DNA of 44,390 bases from Pseudomonadales bacterium. GTDB taxonomy: Bacteria; Pseudomonadota; Gammaproteobacteria; Pseudomonadales; JAUIET01. This document shows, one piece after another, positions 34,458 to 43,760 of the stretch. Below the pieces are notes generated by a model. That model saw only the letters and a program-made list of their open reading frames with translations, did no database searches and was not told where the DNA came from. Location: NCBI GenBank assembly GCA_051008535.1, contig JBPCXM010000619.1:1-44390 (forward strand), in the 5' to 3' direction. Positions within the stretch are counted from its first letter, which is position 1. Every line of letters starts with the position of its first letter. Position numbers and translations under genes: made by a program.

Positions 34458-36152
34458 TTACGCCAACATCGCAAAAATCTTGTCCCTATCATCCGGTGCT
34501 AATAGCAATAGAGAATCGCCTTCCTGAGCCCAGGCAAGCGCTTTTTTCGCACCCTCGAATACCGAGTCGGCGTATTCGATCTCTTGCTCTGCAACGCCAA
34601 GCTCTTGCAATTGACCTGCAATAATGCGCGGTATTTCACCCGACTCTCTGCCACGCAAATAATTTGGCAATTCCGCCACAACCCAATGGTCTACACCCAG
34701 CTTATGGGCGGCTGCAGCCAGGGTTTGCATTTCAAGGTCGGACCGATCACCCGCATGCCCCAGCATCAATAAGCGGCGTTTTGCAGGGATGCTTTTCAAC
34801 GTGTCGACGATGGCGTTCATACTATGCTCATTGTGGGCGAAATCAACAAACACCTTGGCACCTCGGTATTCAAACTGGTTGCCGCGGCCGGGGTTATCTT
34901 TGGCGCTACTGTGAAATGCTGACAAGCCCTTAGCTATGGCGGCAGGACTGAACTGCAGGGCCTTGCACAAGCCGACGACACCAAGGGCATTGGCAACGTT
35001 ATGCTTTGCCGCGCCATTCATGGTCATGGGAATTTGCGCCACCGTGATGATCTCTTCTTCCACACCGTTATGGTGATAAATTAATCGGCCGTCGCGCTCG
35101 AACACGACGCGTCCCCCTTGTTGCATGTGTTGTTGCATGACATGGTTAGCGCTGCTCAAACTGAACCAGCAGAGTGTATTGTCTATCTTATTGCTGTATT
35201 CGACTATCGAGTCATCATCCGCATTCAACACCAGTATGCCATCTGGACCCAGCGCTTTGGCTACCACAAATTTTACCGCGGTAAGTTCCGCCAGGGTGTT
35301 AATGCCATAGTCGCCAAGATGGTCTTCGGCAAGATTGGTTATCAGCGCCGCTGCGGCACTTTCAATGGGCAAACCACGGCGCAATATACCGCCACGCGCA
35401 ACTTCCAACAAGGCCAACTCGGTGCGCTCATCGCGCAACAAAACCCGCGCTCCGCCGGGGCCGGAATAGTCTCCCTCGTCGATGATGTGGTCGCCAACAC
35501 GTATAAAGTCGGTCGACGTCACCCCTGCCGTAACTCCTGCTACCTCGGCAATTTTCGACGCCACACGCACACTGGTGGATTTACCGTTTGTGCCAGTAAT
35601 TAGTGCGCAGGGGATATGTCGTGCCGCGCTCCAATTAACCTCTTCCACGGCGGGCGCTTCCGGAGTCGGCCAGATCTGCACAGTCTTACCGTGACCAATA
35701 GAGACCTCGTCATCATCCCATAAAAACGCAGCACCGTATTCGGTGGCGAATTTCTGTAACGCGATAAGATTGGGATTGCGTTCCTCTCCGATGGTTTTTT
35801 TCAACTCGGCAACGCTGCTCTCAAAATCGGGCAACTCTTCGCCTGCAATCTGCAGACAACTTCGCTGCCAAGCGATTTCGTTAACATCGCAGCTCGCGTA
35901 TAGCGCATCGATCGGGCTGCTGATGGCGAGACTGGCGCCGCCATCAAATACGCGCACGCAGCTAGCTTCGCTTTGCCAACCCACTGCGTCGAGCAATTGA
36001 CGAACCTGTTGCTGCCAGGATTCAACTACATGTTCGATGGGCACGCCGGTCACCAATACGTCAATAATGGAGCCGGGTTCGTCCCACAACAAACTCGGGC
36101 CGGTCAGACGACGTAAGTCATCGATAACTAGCTGCGGCTCGGCATGATTCAT
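34458..36152 (-). CDS. cyanophycin-synthetase-related Mur-ligase protein lacking the ATP-grasp domain
   Basis: N-terminal RRLTGPSLLW and NPNLIAL...A...SIGHGK echo CphA, then directly ITGTNGKST, GDYSGP, LEVARGGILRRGL, DHLG, HNVANAL, NPGR.N, DFAHN, GDR. Confidence 0.8.
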   Translation of the reverse strand: MNHAEPQLVIDDLRRLTGPSLLWDEPGSIIDVLVTGVPIEHVVESWQQQVRQLLDAVGWQSEASCVRVFDGGASLAISSPIDALYASCDVNEIAWQRSCLQIAGEELPDFESSVAELKKTIGEERNPNLIALQKFATEYGAAFLWDDDEVSIGHGKTVQIWPTPEAPAVEEVNWSAARHIPCALITGTNGKSTSVRVASKIAEVAGVTAGVTSTDFIRVGDHIIDEGDYSGPGGARVLLRDERTELALLEVARGGILRRGLPIESAAAALITNLAEDHLGDYGINTLAELTAVKFVVAKALGPDGILVLNADDDSIVEYSNKIDNTLCWFSLSSANHVMQQHMQQGGRVVFERDGRLIYHHNGVEEEIITVAQIPMTMNGAAKHNVANALGVVGLCKALQFSPAAIAKGLSAFHSSAKDNPGRGNQFEYRGAKVFVDFAHNEHSMNAIVDTLKSIPAKRRLLMLGHAGDRSDLEMQTLAAAAHKLGVDHWVVAELPNYLRGRESGEIPRIIAGQLQELGVAEQEIEYADSVFEGAKKALAWAQEGDSLLLLAPDDRDKIFAMLA

Positions 36153-36157
36153 AAGGA

Positions 36158-38971
36158 TTAGTCCGAGTCTTCCTCGTGTTCAACCACCAAACGCACTCCG
36201 CGCTCGTCCTGCACCAGACGTTGACCTTCTTGCAATTCAAACTTATGTTCTTCTGCTTCAAAAATCTTTTCGCCGCTCTCCATGGATACTGTAATCTTCG
36301 GCACATCCTTGCCTTCGCTATTAAAGTGAATGATCTGTTTCCAGCAGCGAGTTGGCGCGTCTCCCAGAATTACCACCAGATCGCCGGGCTCAGCACTTTT
36401 CAATACGGCGTCGATCGCTTCCTGTTCGTCGGGAATGATGTCAATGGCGTCATCAGCAACGCCGCAGGCAAGCAATTCTTCGCGCAATAATTTTGGTACT
36501 TCGTCGTGACCGCGGCGGCGGCGATCGTCATCGGCTTTACAAATATAAAAATCAAATACTTTGGACGCAACGCGCGCGACATCTCTGATGTCTTCATCGC
36601 GGCGGTCACCCGGTGAGGTGAGTACAACGCGTCGCTTACCTGTTACATCAATTCGCGCTGCTAAATCGGTGATTGCTTTAACGGCCGCCGGGTTGTGTGC
36701 GTAGTCGAGAATCACCTTGAACGGATGTTCATCGTAAACGTTGGTGCGACCAGGCGCCTGGAAAAAGCTGGTATTAAACGTACGCAAACCATGCGAAATA
36801 TCTTCCAAAGACTTGCCAAAGCTGAAGGCGATTGCCGCAGCAAACATCGCGTTTTGTACATTGTGAAGCGCCTTGCCTTCTAATGTCGCGGGAATCAGAT
36901 GCGTCCAGAGCAAGGGAATGTGTGATCCGTTGTCATAGATGGTGATCATATCGCCATTGATGCCCTTCTCAAGCACGGCAGCACGCCCACCCGCTCGAAT
37001 ATGTTCACGCACCAGCCCATGGCCAGGGTCCATGGTGACGTAGCAGAGGTGTTCGGCCCGGGTGTAGTCGGCCATCGCCAAACAGTGGGCATCGTCTGCA
37101 TTCAAAACCACGGTGTTGCCAGCGACTTCCACCACCACGCGTTTAATTTGCGCCAATTGCTCAAGTGTGTCGACGCCGCGCTGGCCCAAATGATCGGCAG
37201 TAACATTTAAGCAGGCCGACACATCGCTACTGCTATAGCCCAAACCGCGTTTGAGTATGCCGCCGCGCGCGGTTTCCATAATGGCGAAATCCACCGTGGG
37301 CTCACGCAACACGATGTGCGCCGACGTCGGTCCGGTCATATCCCCCTTTACGGTCAAATGGCCATCGATATAAACGCCATCGGTAGACGTCATGCCGGTA
37401 ATATGGCCGGCTGTTTTTAAGATATGCGCCAACATTCTGGACGTTGTGGTTTTACCGTTGGTGCCGGTGATTGCGGCGATGGGTATTCGACTGTCAGTGC
37501 CAGGCGGGAATAACATTTCGATGACGTTGCCAGCCACGTCTCTGGGTTCGCCTTCACTCGGCGCGACGTGCATGCGAAACCCAGGGGCAGCATTCACTTC
37601 AACGATGCCACCACCGATGTCTTTATACGATTGGGTAATATCGTCGGTGAGGAAATCCACCCCTCCGACATCCAGACCCACGGCGCGAATGGCGCGAACG
37701 GCCATATCTCGATTGTCGGGGTGGACCACGTCGGTTAAATCAATGGCGGTGCCACCGGTGGACAGGTTTGCGGTAGAGCGCAAATAGAAAATTTCGTCCA
37801 CCGGTAACACGGTTTTTTCATCGTTCCCGGCCTTTGCCATTAAACGCTTCGCTTGATCATCCAACTCCAGGCGCGTGAGTACTTTTTCATGGCCAATACC
37901 GCGGCGCGGATCTTCGTTGACCTTGTCAACTAATTCACTGATGGTGGATTGACCATCGCCCACGACATGACCGGGTACTCGCTTTGCTACCGCGACCAAC
38001 TCGTTATTGACCACCAGCATGCGATGGTCGAGTCCTGTCATATAACTTTCAACTAACACTGCACGACTGCTACCGTGTTCTCTGGCGGTGCTAAACGCCC
38101 GGCGCACTTCTTCGTCGCTATTGAGGTTTATGCTAACACCACGCCCGTGGTTGGCGTTTAACGGTTTCAGTACCACAGGAAAGACGATGCGATGCGCAGC
38201 ACGCACTGCCTGACTTTCGCTGTAAACCATATATTGTTTAGGTACCGGCAACCCCAACTCGCTTAGCAAATTATGCGTGTCTTCTTTATCGCAGGAGATC
38301 TCAACCGCGATGTGTTTGGTTTCGCTGGTGATGGTCGCTTGTATGCGTTGTTGGTGTTTGCCGTGCCCGAATTGCACCAGGCTGTATTTATTCAACCGCA
38401 GCCATGGAATGTTGCGTTCCTGCGCGGCTTTGACCAGTGCAGCGGTACTCGGCCCCAATTCGCGGCGCTGCGCCATACGCACAAAGCCTTGTAGTTCATC
38501 GTTGAAATCAAATTCTTCCTCGAACTCGTAGTCGACTTGATCCTTGACCGCAGCCGGCAACAAATTCATCAACAATTTGATCGCCAACTCCCCTGCTTCC
38601 AGACCCACATCGCGCTGCTGGTATTGGAAGATCATGTTGTATTCGCCGAGATTGCCGGTGGAGCGGGTCTTGCCAAAGCTCACGTCGGACCCCGCCAGCG
38701 TTTGCAACTCAAGCGCGACGTGCTCCATGATATGGCCCATCCACGTGCCCTCGTCTTCGCGCAGGCGGCGCAAAAATCCACCAGCTTCGCGATAAGAACA
38801 GCCGTGTGTTTCCAAGCTGGGAATGGCGGCAACCAGGCCTTCGATAAACTCCGACCCAAGTTTTACCGACGGCCAGTCTTCCAACACGCTCAGATCGAGC
38901 ACATGACGGATGACCGGAAAATTGGCATACACATTGGGACCAACATAGACATTTGTAGACAGGATACGCAT
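36158..38971 (-). CDS. cphA: cyanophycin synthetase
   Basis: Likely start ATG 38971 (MRILST); N-domain HGCS..GGF..GHIMEH; ATP-grasp KP..ANHGRGV, NLSTGG, EVNAAPGFRMH; Mur domain ITGTNGKTT, ETARGG, DYAHNP. Confidence 0.95.
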   Translation of the reverse strand: MRILSTNVYVGPNVYANFPVIRHVLDLSVLEDWPSVKLGSEFIEGLVAAIPSLETHGCSYREAGGFLRRLREDEGTWMGHIMEHVALELQTLAGSDVSFGKTRSTGNLGEYNMIFQYQQRDVGLEAGELAIKLLMNLLPAAVKDQVDYEFEEEFDFNDELQGFVRMAQRRELGPSTAALVKAAQERNIPWLRLNKYSLVQFGHGKHQQRIQATITSETKHIAVEISCDKEDTHNLLSELGLPVPKQYMVYSESQAVRAAHRIVFPVVLKPLNANHGRGVSINLNSDEEVRRAFSTAREHGSSRAVLVESYMTGLDHRMLVVNNELVAVAKRVPGHVVGDGQSTISELVDKVNEDPRRGIGHEKVLTRLELDDQAKRLMAKAGNDEKTVLPVDEIFYLRSTANLSTGGTAIDLTDVVHPDNRDMAVRAIRAVGLDVGGVDFLTDDITQSYKDIGGGIVEVNAAPGFRMHVAPSEGEPRDVAGNVIEMLFPPGTDSRIPIAAITGTNGKTTTSRMLAHILKTAGHITGMTSTDGVYIDGHLTVKGDMTGPTSAHIVLREPTVDFAIMETARGGILKRGLGYSSSDVSACLNVTADHLGQRGVDTLEQLAQIKRVVVEVAGNTVVLNADDAHCLAMADYTRAEHLCYVTMDPGHGLVREHIRAGGRAAVLEKGINGDMITIYDNGSHIPLLWTHLIPATLEGKALHNVQNAMFAAAIAFSFGKSLEDISHGLRTFNTSFFQAPGRTNVYDEHPFKVILDYAHNPAAVKAITDLAARIDVTGKRRVVLTSPGDRRDEDIRDVARVASKVFDFYICKADDDRRRRGHDEVPKLLREELLACGVADDAIDIIPDEQEAIDAVLKSAEPGDLVVILGDAPTRCWKQIIHFNSEGKDVPKITVSMESGEKIFEAEEHKFELQEGQRLVQDERGVRLVVEHEEDSD

Positions 38972-39118
38972 GATTAATTTACCGTCCGTAGTTACGATTG
39001 AATTAACAAGAGTGGCTATGGCGCCGACTATAAACAGAAATGAGCGCCGCGCCAATCAGAACTGATGGAAATAAAAACAAAGTCCATTAACGCTGCTATG
39101 ATGACGCGCCACCGCATG

Positions 39119-39387
39119 CTAGTGTAGTGTCCTATATAAACCGTCCATTTAGCGAGCCGCTCAAGAGTTAGCCGCTAGGCGCATTTTCGAAGTCATAGTG
39201 GGCCTATGTCTAGGAAATGCAACGACGCGGATGGCTCTTGAGCGACTCGCCCGAAGGGAAATACCCCATTTGCCCTCAGCTTCGTTATTATTCTTGCCAA
39301 GAGGTCCACTCTTCCCTGCGAACAATGCCTCGCTGAGAAAAAGTGGGGCGTTTCGAAAGGGACGTTTGAGAGAGGACACTACACTAG
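39119..39387. mobile_element. MITE-like element with terminal inverted repeats flanked by CTAG
   Basis: CTAGTGTAGTGTCCT (39119-39133) and AGGACACTACACTAG (39373-39387) form a perfect 15-bp inverted repeat that extends to 27/32; two long internal hairpins; no transposase. Confidence 0.75.
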
Positions 39388-39395
39388 GTCACAGG

Positions 39396-40220
39396 CTACT
39401 TCGGCGCAAAAGCCTCGCGAGTTTTTATATTGTAACGTCCGGCGTCGGCTAACAAATGCAGCTTTAAACCCAACAATGTCAGCGCTTCACCACTGCCGGC
39501 AGCGGCCATAGATGAATATCTGAGGTCGCTGGCATCAATGATGGTCACGCCACCGCTGCCGACTACTTCCATCACATCATCTGGTCCGATAAAAACGCTC
39601 GTATCTTCGTCGAGTCCAACACCGGTCAAAAAGGGATTGTAAGACACCGCCACTAACAAACGACCTAGACGGCTACGTTCATTGAAATGCTGGTCGATCA
39701 CCACGGAATTGGTCAGTCCCAGGCCCGGTGCCAAATTCACGCCATCTTCCGTAGGCACCAGACCTGTCGCGCCACCCGCAATCATGTGCTCGGGCATAAT
39801 TGCCGCGCCCGCTGAAGTACCTCCCACATGAACACCGCATGCGTTCAATTTACGAATTTTCTGGAAAATTGGCGTACCACCCAGGATAGTGGAGAGGCGC
39901 AGTTGATTACCACCGGTGATGAAAATGCCTGTGACACTGTCGAGAATCTCCAGGTAGTCATCGCGTTGTGCATCTTCGCGTTCATTGATCGGTAGTGATA
40001 CGGCTTTCTTCGCGCCCAATTCGGTAAACACTTCCTCATACCTGGAGCCGGTATCTTCCAGCATTGAGGCGGTTGGGATGATGGCGATCACTGCATTCCG
40101 GTCGCCACAAACCTCGACATAGCGACCAAGCACATTAAGGTCGAAGATCTTGTCTTCACCGCCACCAATGGGAATGACGTAACCCCGCTGATTGCCCTCA
40201 AGTACCGGAGACGGGGCCAT
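39396..40220 (-). CDS. cphB: cyanophycinase (S51 peptidase), intracellular
   Basis: IGGGEDK, PTAS, FITGGNQLRL, GGTSAGAA (Ser), IDQHF..R.RLGRL (His), GLDED (Glu); no signal peptide. Confidence 0.93.
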   Translation of the reverse strand: MAPSPVLEGNQRGYVIPIGGGEDKIFDLNVLGRYVEVCGDRNAVIAIIPTASMLEDTGSRYEEVFTELGAKKAVSLPINEREDAQRDDYLEILDSVTGIFITGGNQLRLSTILGGTPIFQKIRKLNACGVHVGGTSAGAAIMPEHMIAGGATGLVPTEDGVNLAPGLGLTNSVVIDQHFNERSRLGRLLVAVSYNPFLTGVGLDEDTSVFIGPDDVMEVVGSGGVTIIDASDLRYSSMAAAGSGEALTLLGLKLHLLADAGRYNIKTREAFAPK

Positions 40221-41392
40221 TATTGTTGCTCCTCGAATAGATCGACTATTGTCTGCGTGCCATCATTGATATGCCACCGGCCCATTGCCATAACGTCCGT
40301 GATGTTGTGTTGCGCATCAATAATCAGCAAGTCCGCGTCCATGCCTTCCGCGATTTGCCCCTTGTGTTCCAGTTTTAAAAGCCTGGCAACGTTGCTGGAA
40401 AAGATTGGCAGTATTTGTTCAAGCGAGAGCCCATCTGCAAGCAGTTCCTGCAAGGTTTCCGTCAGCGCGCTGGCACGACCAAAATCCATGGTCACCAGCT
40501 CGCCCCGCTGATCAAATGTTGGCAAGCATCCGCCTCCATCTGAACTGACCGTTAACTTATCAGCGGGTAATTCACGCTCTAAATATAGCTTGATTGCTTG
40601 CGCCGCCGTCCAACTATGTTCGTCGGCCGGGAAAGCGGTGACATCGATATAACAACCTTGTTGCGCCAATTCGCAGGCTTCATCAAACAGCCAGCGCTGC
40701 CGATTGACATGAGTAGGGTTAAACACTCGCGCGGGTATTTCTGACTTTTCCAAGGCTTCCCGCACCAATTGCAGACCTCGCTTACCGTCACCTAAATGCA
40801 AATGCAGGACGCCGGCCTTACCGCTCATTAAACCCGCCACGTGTGCTTCGCTCGCAACACGCAACAGTTCGTCCAGCGTGGGCTGACTTGAGCGATGATC
40901 GCTAATCGCAATTTCGCCGACGCCAATCACCGGGTCGATAAACACAATGTCGCCGCGCACGCTGCCAGTTACCGTAACCGGCGGAACATGATAACCACCA
41001 CAGTAGCAGTAAGCTGACAAACCTTGTTTGCTCAAGCCCCTCGCCTGAGTGACCAAGGTTTCGGTATTACGGGTAAGGTCGTCGGTGCCGAGCAAACCTA
41101 CCACCGTGGTCACGCCTGCGGAAGTAAATTGACTGAGAAACACCGGCGGCACACGCGATTCTGGTCCGGTTTCACCGCCACCGCCCGTAATGTGCGCGTG
41201 GCCGTCGATAAAACCAGGGAGCAAGCGCTTGCCTTTAAGGTCGGTGACGGAAACATTCAGCGTTGGGTCAAGATTAGGAGCAAGTTCGGTAATACTAATG
41301 ATTTTATTACCAGCCACCAGCAAGTTCCTGACTCCTAGCGGAGCAGGTGAATAAACATCCGCATTTAAGATGAGCTGTATCTGGCTGGCCAT
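40220..41392 (-). CDS. iadA: isoaspartyl dipeptidase (amidohydrolase)
   Basis: PGFIDGHAHITGGGGE, VGLLGTD, GEIAISDHRSSQP, HLHLGD, PTH.NR, SSDGGG; 1-bp overlap with cphB. Confidence 0.93.
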   Translation of the reverse strand: MASQIQLILNADVYSPAPLGVRNLLVAGNKIISITELAPNLDPTLNVSVTDLKGKRLLPGFIDGHAHITGGGGETGPESRVPPVFLSQFTSAGVTTVVGLLGTDDLTRNTETLVTQARGLSKQGLSAYCYCGGYHVPPVTVTGSVRGDIVFIDPVIGVGEIAISDHRSSQPTLDELLRVASEAHVAGLMSGKAGVLHLHLGDGKRGLQLVREALEKSEIPARVFNPTHVNRQRWLFDEACELAQQGCYIDVTAFPADEHSWTAAQAIKLYLERELPADKLTVSSDGGGCLPTFDQRGELVTMDFGRASALTETLQELLADGLSLEQILPIFSSNVARLLKLEHKGQIAEGMDADLLIIDAQHNITDVMAMGRWHINDGTQTIVDLFEEQQ

Positions 41393-41470
41393 GGTTAGTA
41401 TGCAGGGTGGACTGCAGGAGTAATGAGGCCGCGCAGCATAGCAAAAATATCGGTAAAGCTGAATTGAAAC

Positions 41471-42586
41471 CTACGCTTGCAAGTCGGCCAATTTAAAGAC
41501 TTCTGCCTGCGGCGTTTCGACGTCACCTTCTACCAGAAAAAAGCGCCAGAACAGCATGCCGAATAGATTGCCCTCGCTATCCAGCCAGTTCGCGGCACCA
41601 GGATTCTGAGCAGAGAGGACCATCCGAAACGAACCGTCTGGTTCAAGCTCAGTTTGTGCGCGGTTTAACGAAGCACTGCGGTTCACGTAGTCGTAGGTTT
41701 GCTGGAAGCGATTCCACAAGCACACGTTGCCAAACCGGCATTGCGGCCAGCGGCCGGTCAGCACCAGGGCTTCACCTTCGTTGATAAAGAACGGCGCCAT
41801 GGAGTAATGCGCGTCAAATGCAGACAACGTAAAGTTACCCGGCGGCTGCGGAACTGGAAATGTATTGGGTATTAAAGATACAAACGACGGCGGCTCCGAA
41901 TTGGCCATTGGCGGCATACCCAGAGTGCGTGAGCGCACGAAATTGCCTACCCGGCGAATGCCGGCTGCGACACTCTCGTCATTCAGTGGTGGCGGAACAT
42001 CAGTCTCACTCAGACATTCAATGCGCATGCGTGGTTCCAGATTCGGATCCTTAGCGGCGGGTTGCTGCTGCTCAAAGTAGTGGCGAGTGGTGACCCGAGA
42101 GGCACCGTCATTTAAGGGCAGCCAGTTTTTATCTCGATGTTCACCGCCCAGGAAAACCGTAAAGTTTCCATTGCTGTCGATATCCATCATGGTGTCATTA
42201 ATAACACCGTCTGTTTTATCGGCGAAACCACCATCTTCAGCACCGCTTTCAATGGTCATTGAAAAATACGCCGCGCCGTTGGTGCTGCCAGATACAACAT
42301 ATTCATAAGCCGGGCTGACGGGCGCGTCGAAATAGATGGCATCGCTGTTATCGCCCGTCAGTTTGCGGCTTGGAGTGACGATACGGCGAAAGTCCGGAGC
42401 GCGTACATCTTGTTCGAAGTTGCCTACCAGGCCGGCTTCAAGAATATGCATTAACGCGCGATGGGAGCCAACAATATCGTCAGCAGAGGCCAGGTTCCAC
42501 TCTTCGCTAGACCAACGTTCGTCTACTTCTTGTAGCAGGCCAATCAACTCATTTAACGCATTGCGACTTTCGGTTTGTATAGGCAT
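41471..42586 (-). CDS. DUF1214 domain protein
   Basis: P.RKLTGDNSDAIY, Y.VSG, TRHYFE, WNRF.QT.DY..R.ASLN..Q...DGSFR.VLS..NPG..NWLD.EG. Confidence 0.75.
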   Translation of the reverse strand: MPIQTESRNALNELIGLLQEVDERWSSEEWNLASADDIVGSHRALMHILEAGLVGNFEQDVRAPDFRRIVTPSRKLTGDNSDAIYFDAPVSPAYEYVVSGSTNGAAYFSMTIESGAEDGGFADKTDGVINDTMMDIDSNGNFTVFLGGEHRDKNWLPLNDGASRVTTRHYFEQQQPAAKDPNLEPRMRIECLSETDVPPPLNDESVAAGIRRVGNFVRSRTLGMPPMANSEPPSFVSLIPNTFPVPQPPGNFTLSAFDAHYSMAPFFINEGEALVLTGRWPQCRFGNVCLWNRFQQTYDYVNRSASLNRAQTELEPDGSFRMVLSAQNPGAANWLDSEGNLFGMLFWRFFLVEGDVETPQAEVFKLADLQA

Positions 42587-42771
42587 GGCTCCCTCTTCAG
42601 TACACTGGCAAATAAGGCGAGATATTAAACCGCTAGCATCAGAACGGGAAGCGCAAGTGAAGGAACCTTAATTATTGTTAGTGATTCACCACAAATGAAG
42701 GAAATTTGCTACGATCATCACAACGAATACCAACTTACAGTGGCTTAGCAGAAAAACAGGTTTTAACGCAA

Positions 42772-43737
42772 ATGAGTAAGTTCCCATTTCCAATTCCGCA
42801 CGGCTGGTTTGGTTTGTGCTTTTCCCACGAGCTCAAGCCCTCCGAAGTAAAGAAGGTACGTTTTTGCGCCCGCGACCTGGTCGTTTTTAGAACGGAGTCA
42901 GGGAAAGCTGCCGCCCTTGACAACTACTGCCCGCATCTTGGGGCGGCGTTGAGTCAAGGTTGCGTGCGAGGGGAAGCCATACAATGCCCGTTTCACAACT
43001 GGCAGTGGGATACCGCAGGCAAGTGTGTCAACATCCCCTATGCTAAGAAAATCCCTGAGCGAGCCGTCACAGAGAGCATACCGGTGCGCGAAGTCAACGG
43101 CATGCTCTTGGCTTGGCATCATCCAGACGGCAAAGCGCCTTATTTTGAAGTACAAACAGTTGCCCCTTTGGGTGAGGAGAAAGACGAGTGGAGCGAGGTA
43201 CACTTTCTTGAGCATGACTTACCGACATGCCTGCAAGAAATCTCTGAAAATGACGTGGATACAGCACATTTTCCTTACCTGCACGGTATGCCCGGCATGC
43301 ACGATGCGGAATCGAAGATCGATGGACCCATCAAACACACCGTACAGACCTTCCTCACCGGTGACAACTTTGTTGTAGGAGAGGCTTCATCAGAGACTCC
43401 GTACCTGTCGGTGCGGGAATCTTATGGGCCGGGCAGCATCACCGTATGGTCCAAGAATGTGCCCGGCGTCGCGCCCAACGTCTTGGGTGAATTTCTTCTT
43501 TATAACGTGTCTACGCCTGTTGAAGAAGACAGAACCATTCTGCGCTGGTCAATGCTGATGACCAAAAATCTGGAACACGATGATATGGGGAAAACCATGC
43601 TGGTTAGTCACGCCGAAGGGGTGAAAGCCGATATTCCCATTTGGCAGGAAAAGGTTTATCAGGAAAATCCCGTGTTGTGCGATGGCGACGGTCCCATTGC
43701 AAAGCACCGAAAATGGTTTTCCCAATTTTATCACTAG
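42772..43737 (+). CDS. Rieske oxygenase of the KshA (3-ketosteroid 9-alpha-hydroxylase)/Neverland type
   Basis: Likely start ATG 42772; CPH..CPFH Rieske motif; EN.VD.AH..LH mononuclear iron motif; DIPIW..K.Y..NP.LC.GDGPI..R.WFSQFY tail. Confidence 0.8.
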   Translation: MSKFPFPIPHGWFGLCFSHELKPSEVKKVRFCARDLVVFRTESGKAAALDNYCPHLGAALSQGCVRGEAIQCPFHNWQWDTAGKCVNIPYAKKIPERAVTESIPVREVNGMLLAWHHPDGKAPYFEVQTVAPLGEEKDEWSEVHFLEHDLPTCLQEISENDVDTAHFPYLHGMPGMHDAESKIDGPIKHTVQTFLTGDNFVVGEASSETPYLSVRESYGPGSITVWSKNVPGVAPNVLGEFLLYNVSTPVEEDRTILRWSMLMTKNLEHDDMGKTMLVSHAEGVKADIPIWQEKVYQENPVLCDGDGPIAKHRKWFSQFYH

Positions 43738-43760
43738 GGAGTGTTCCGGGAAGCGCGTAG

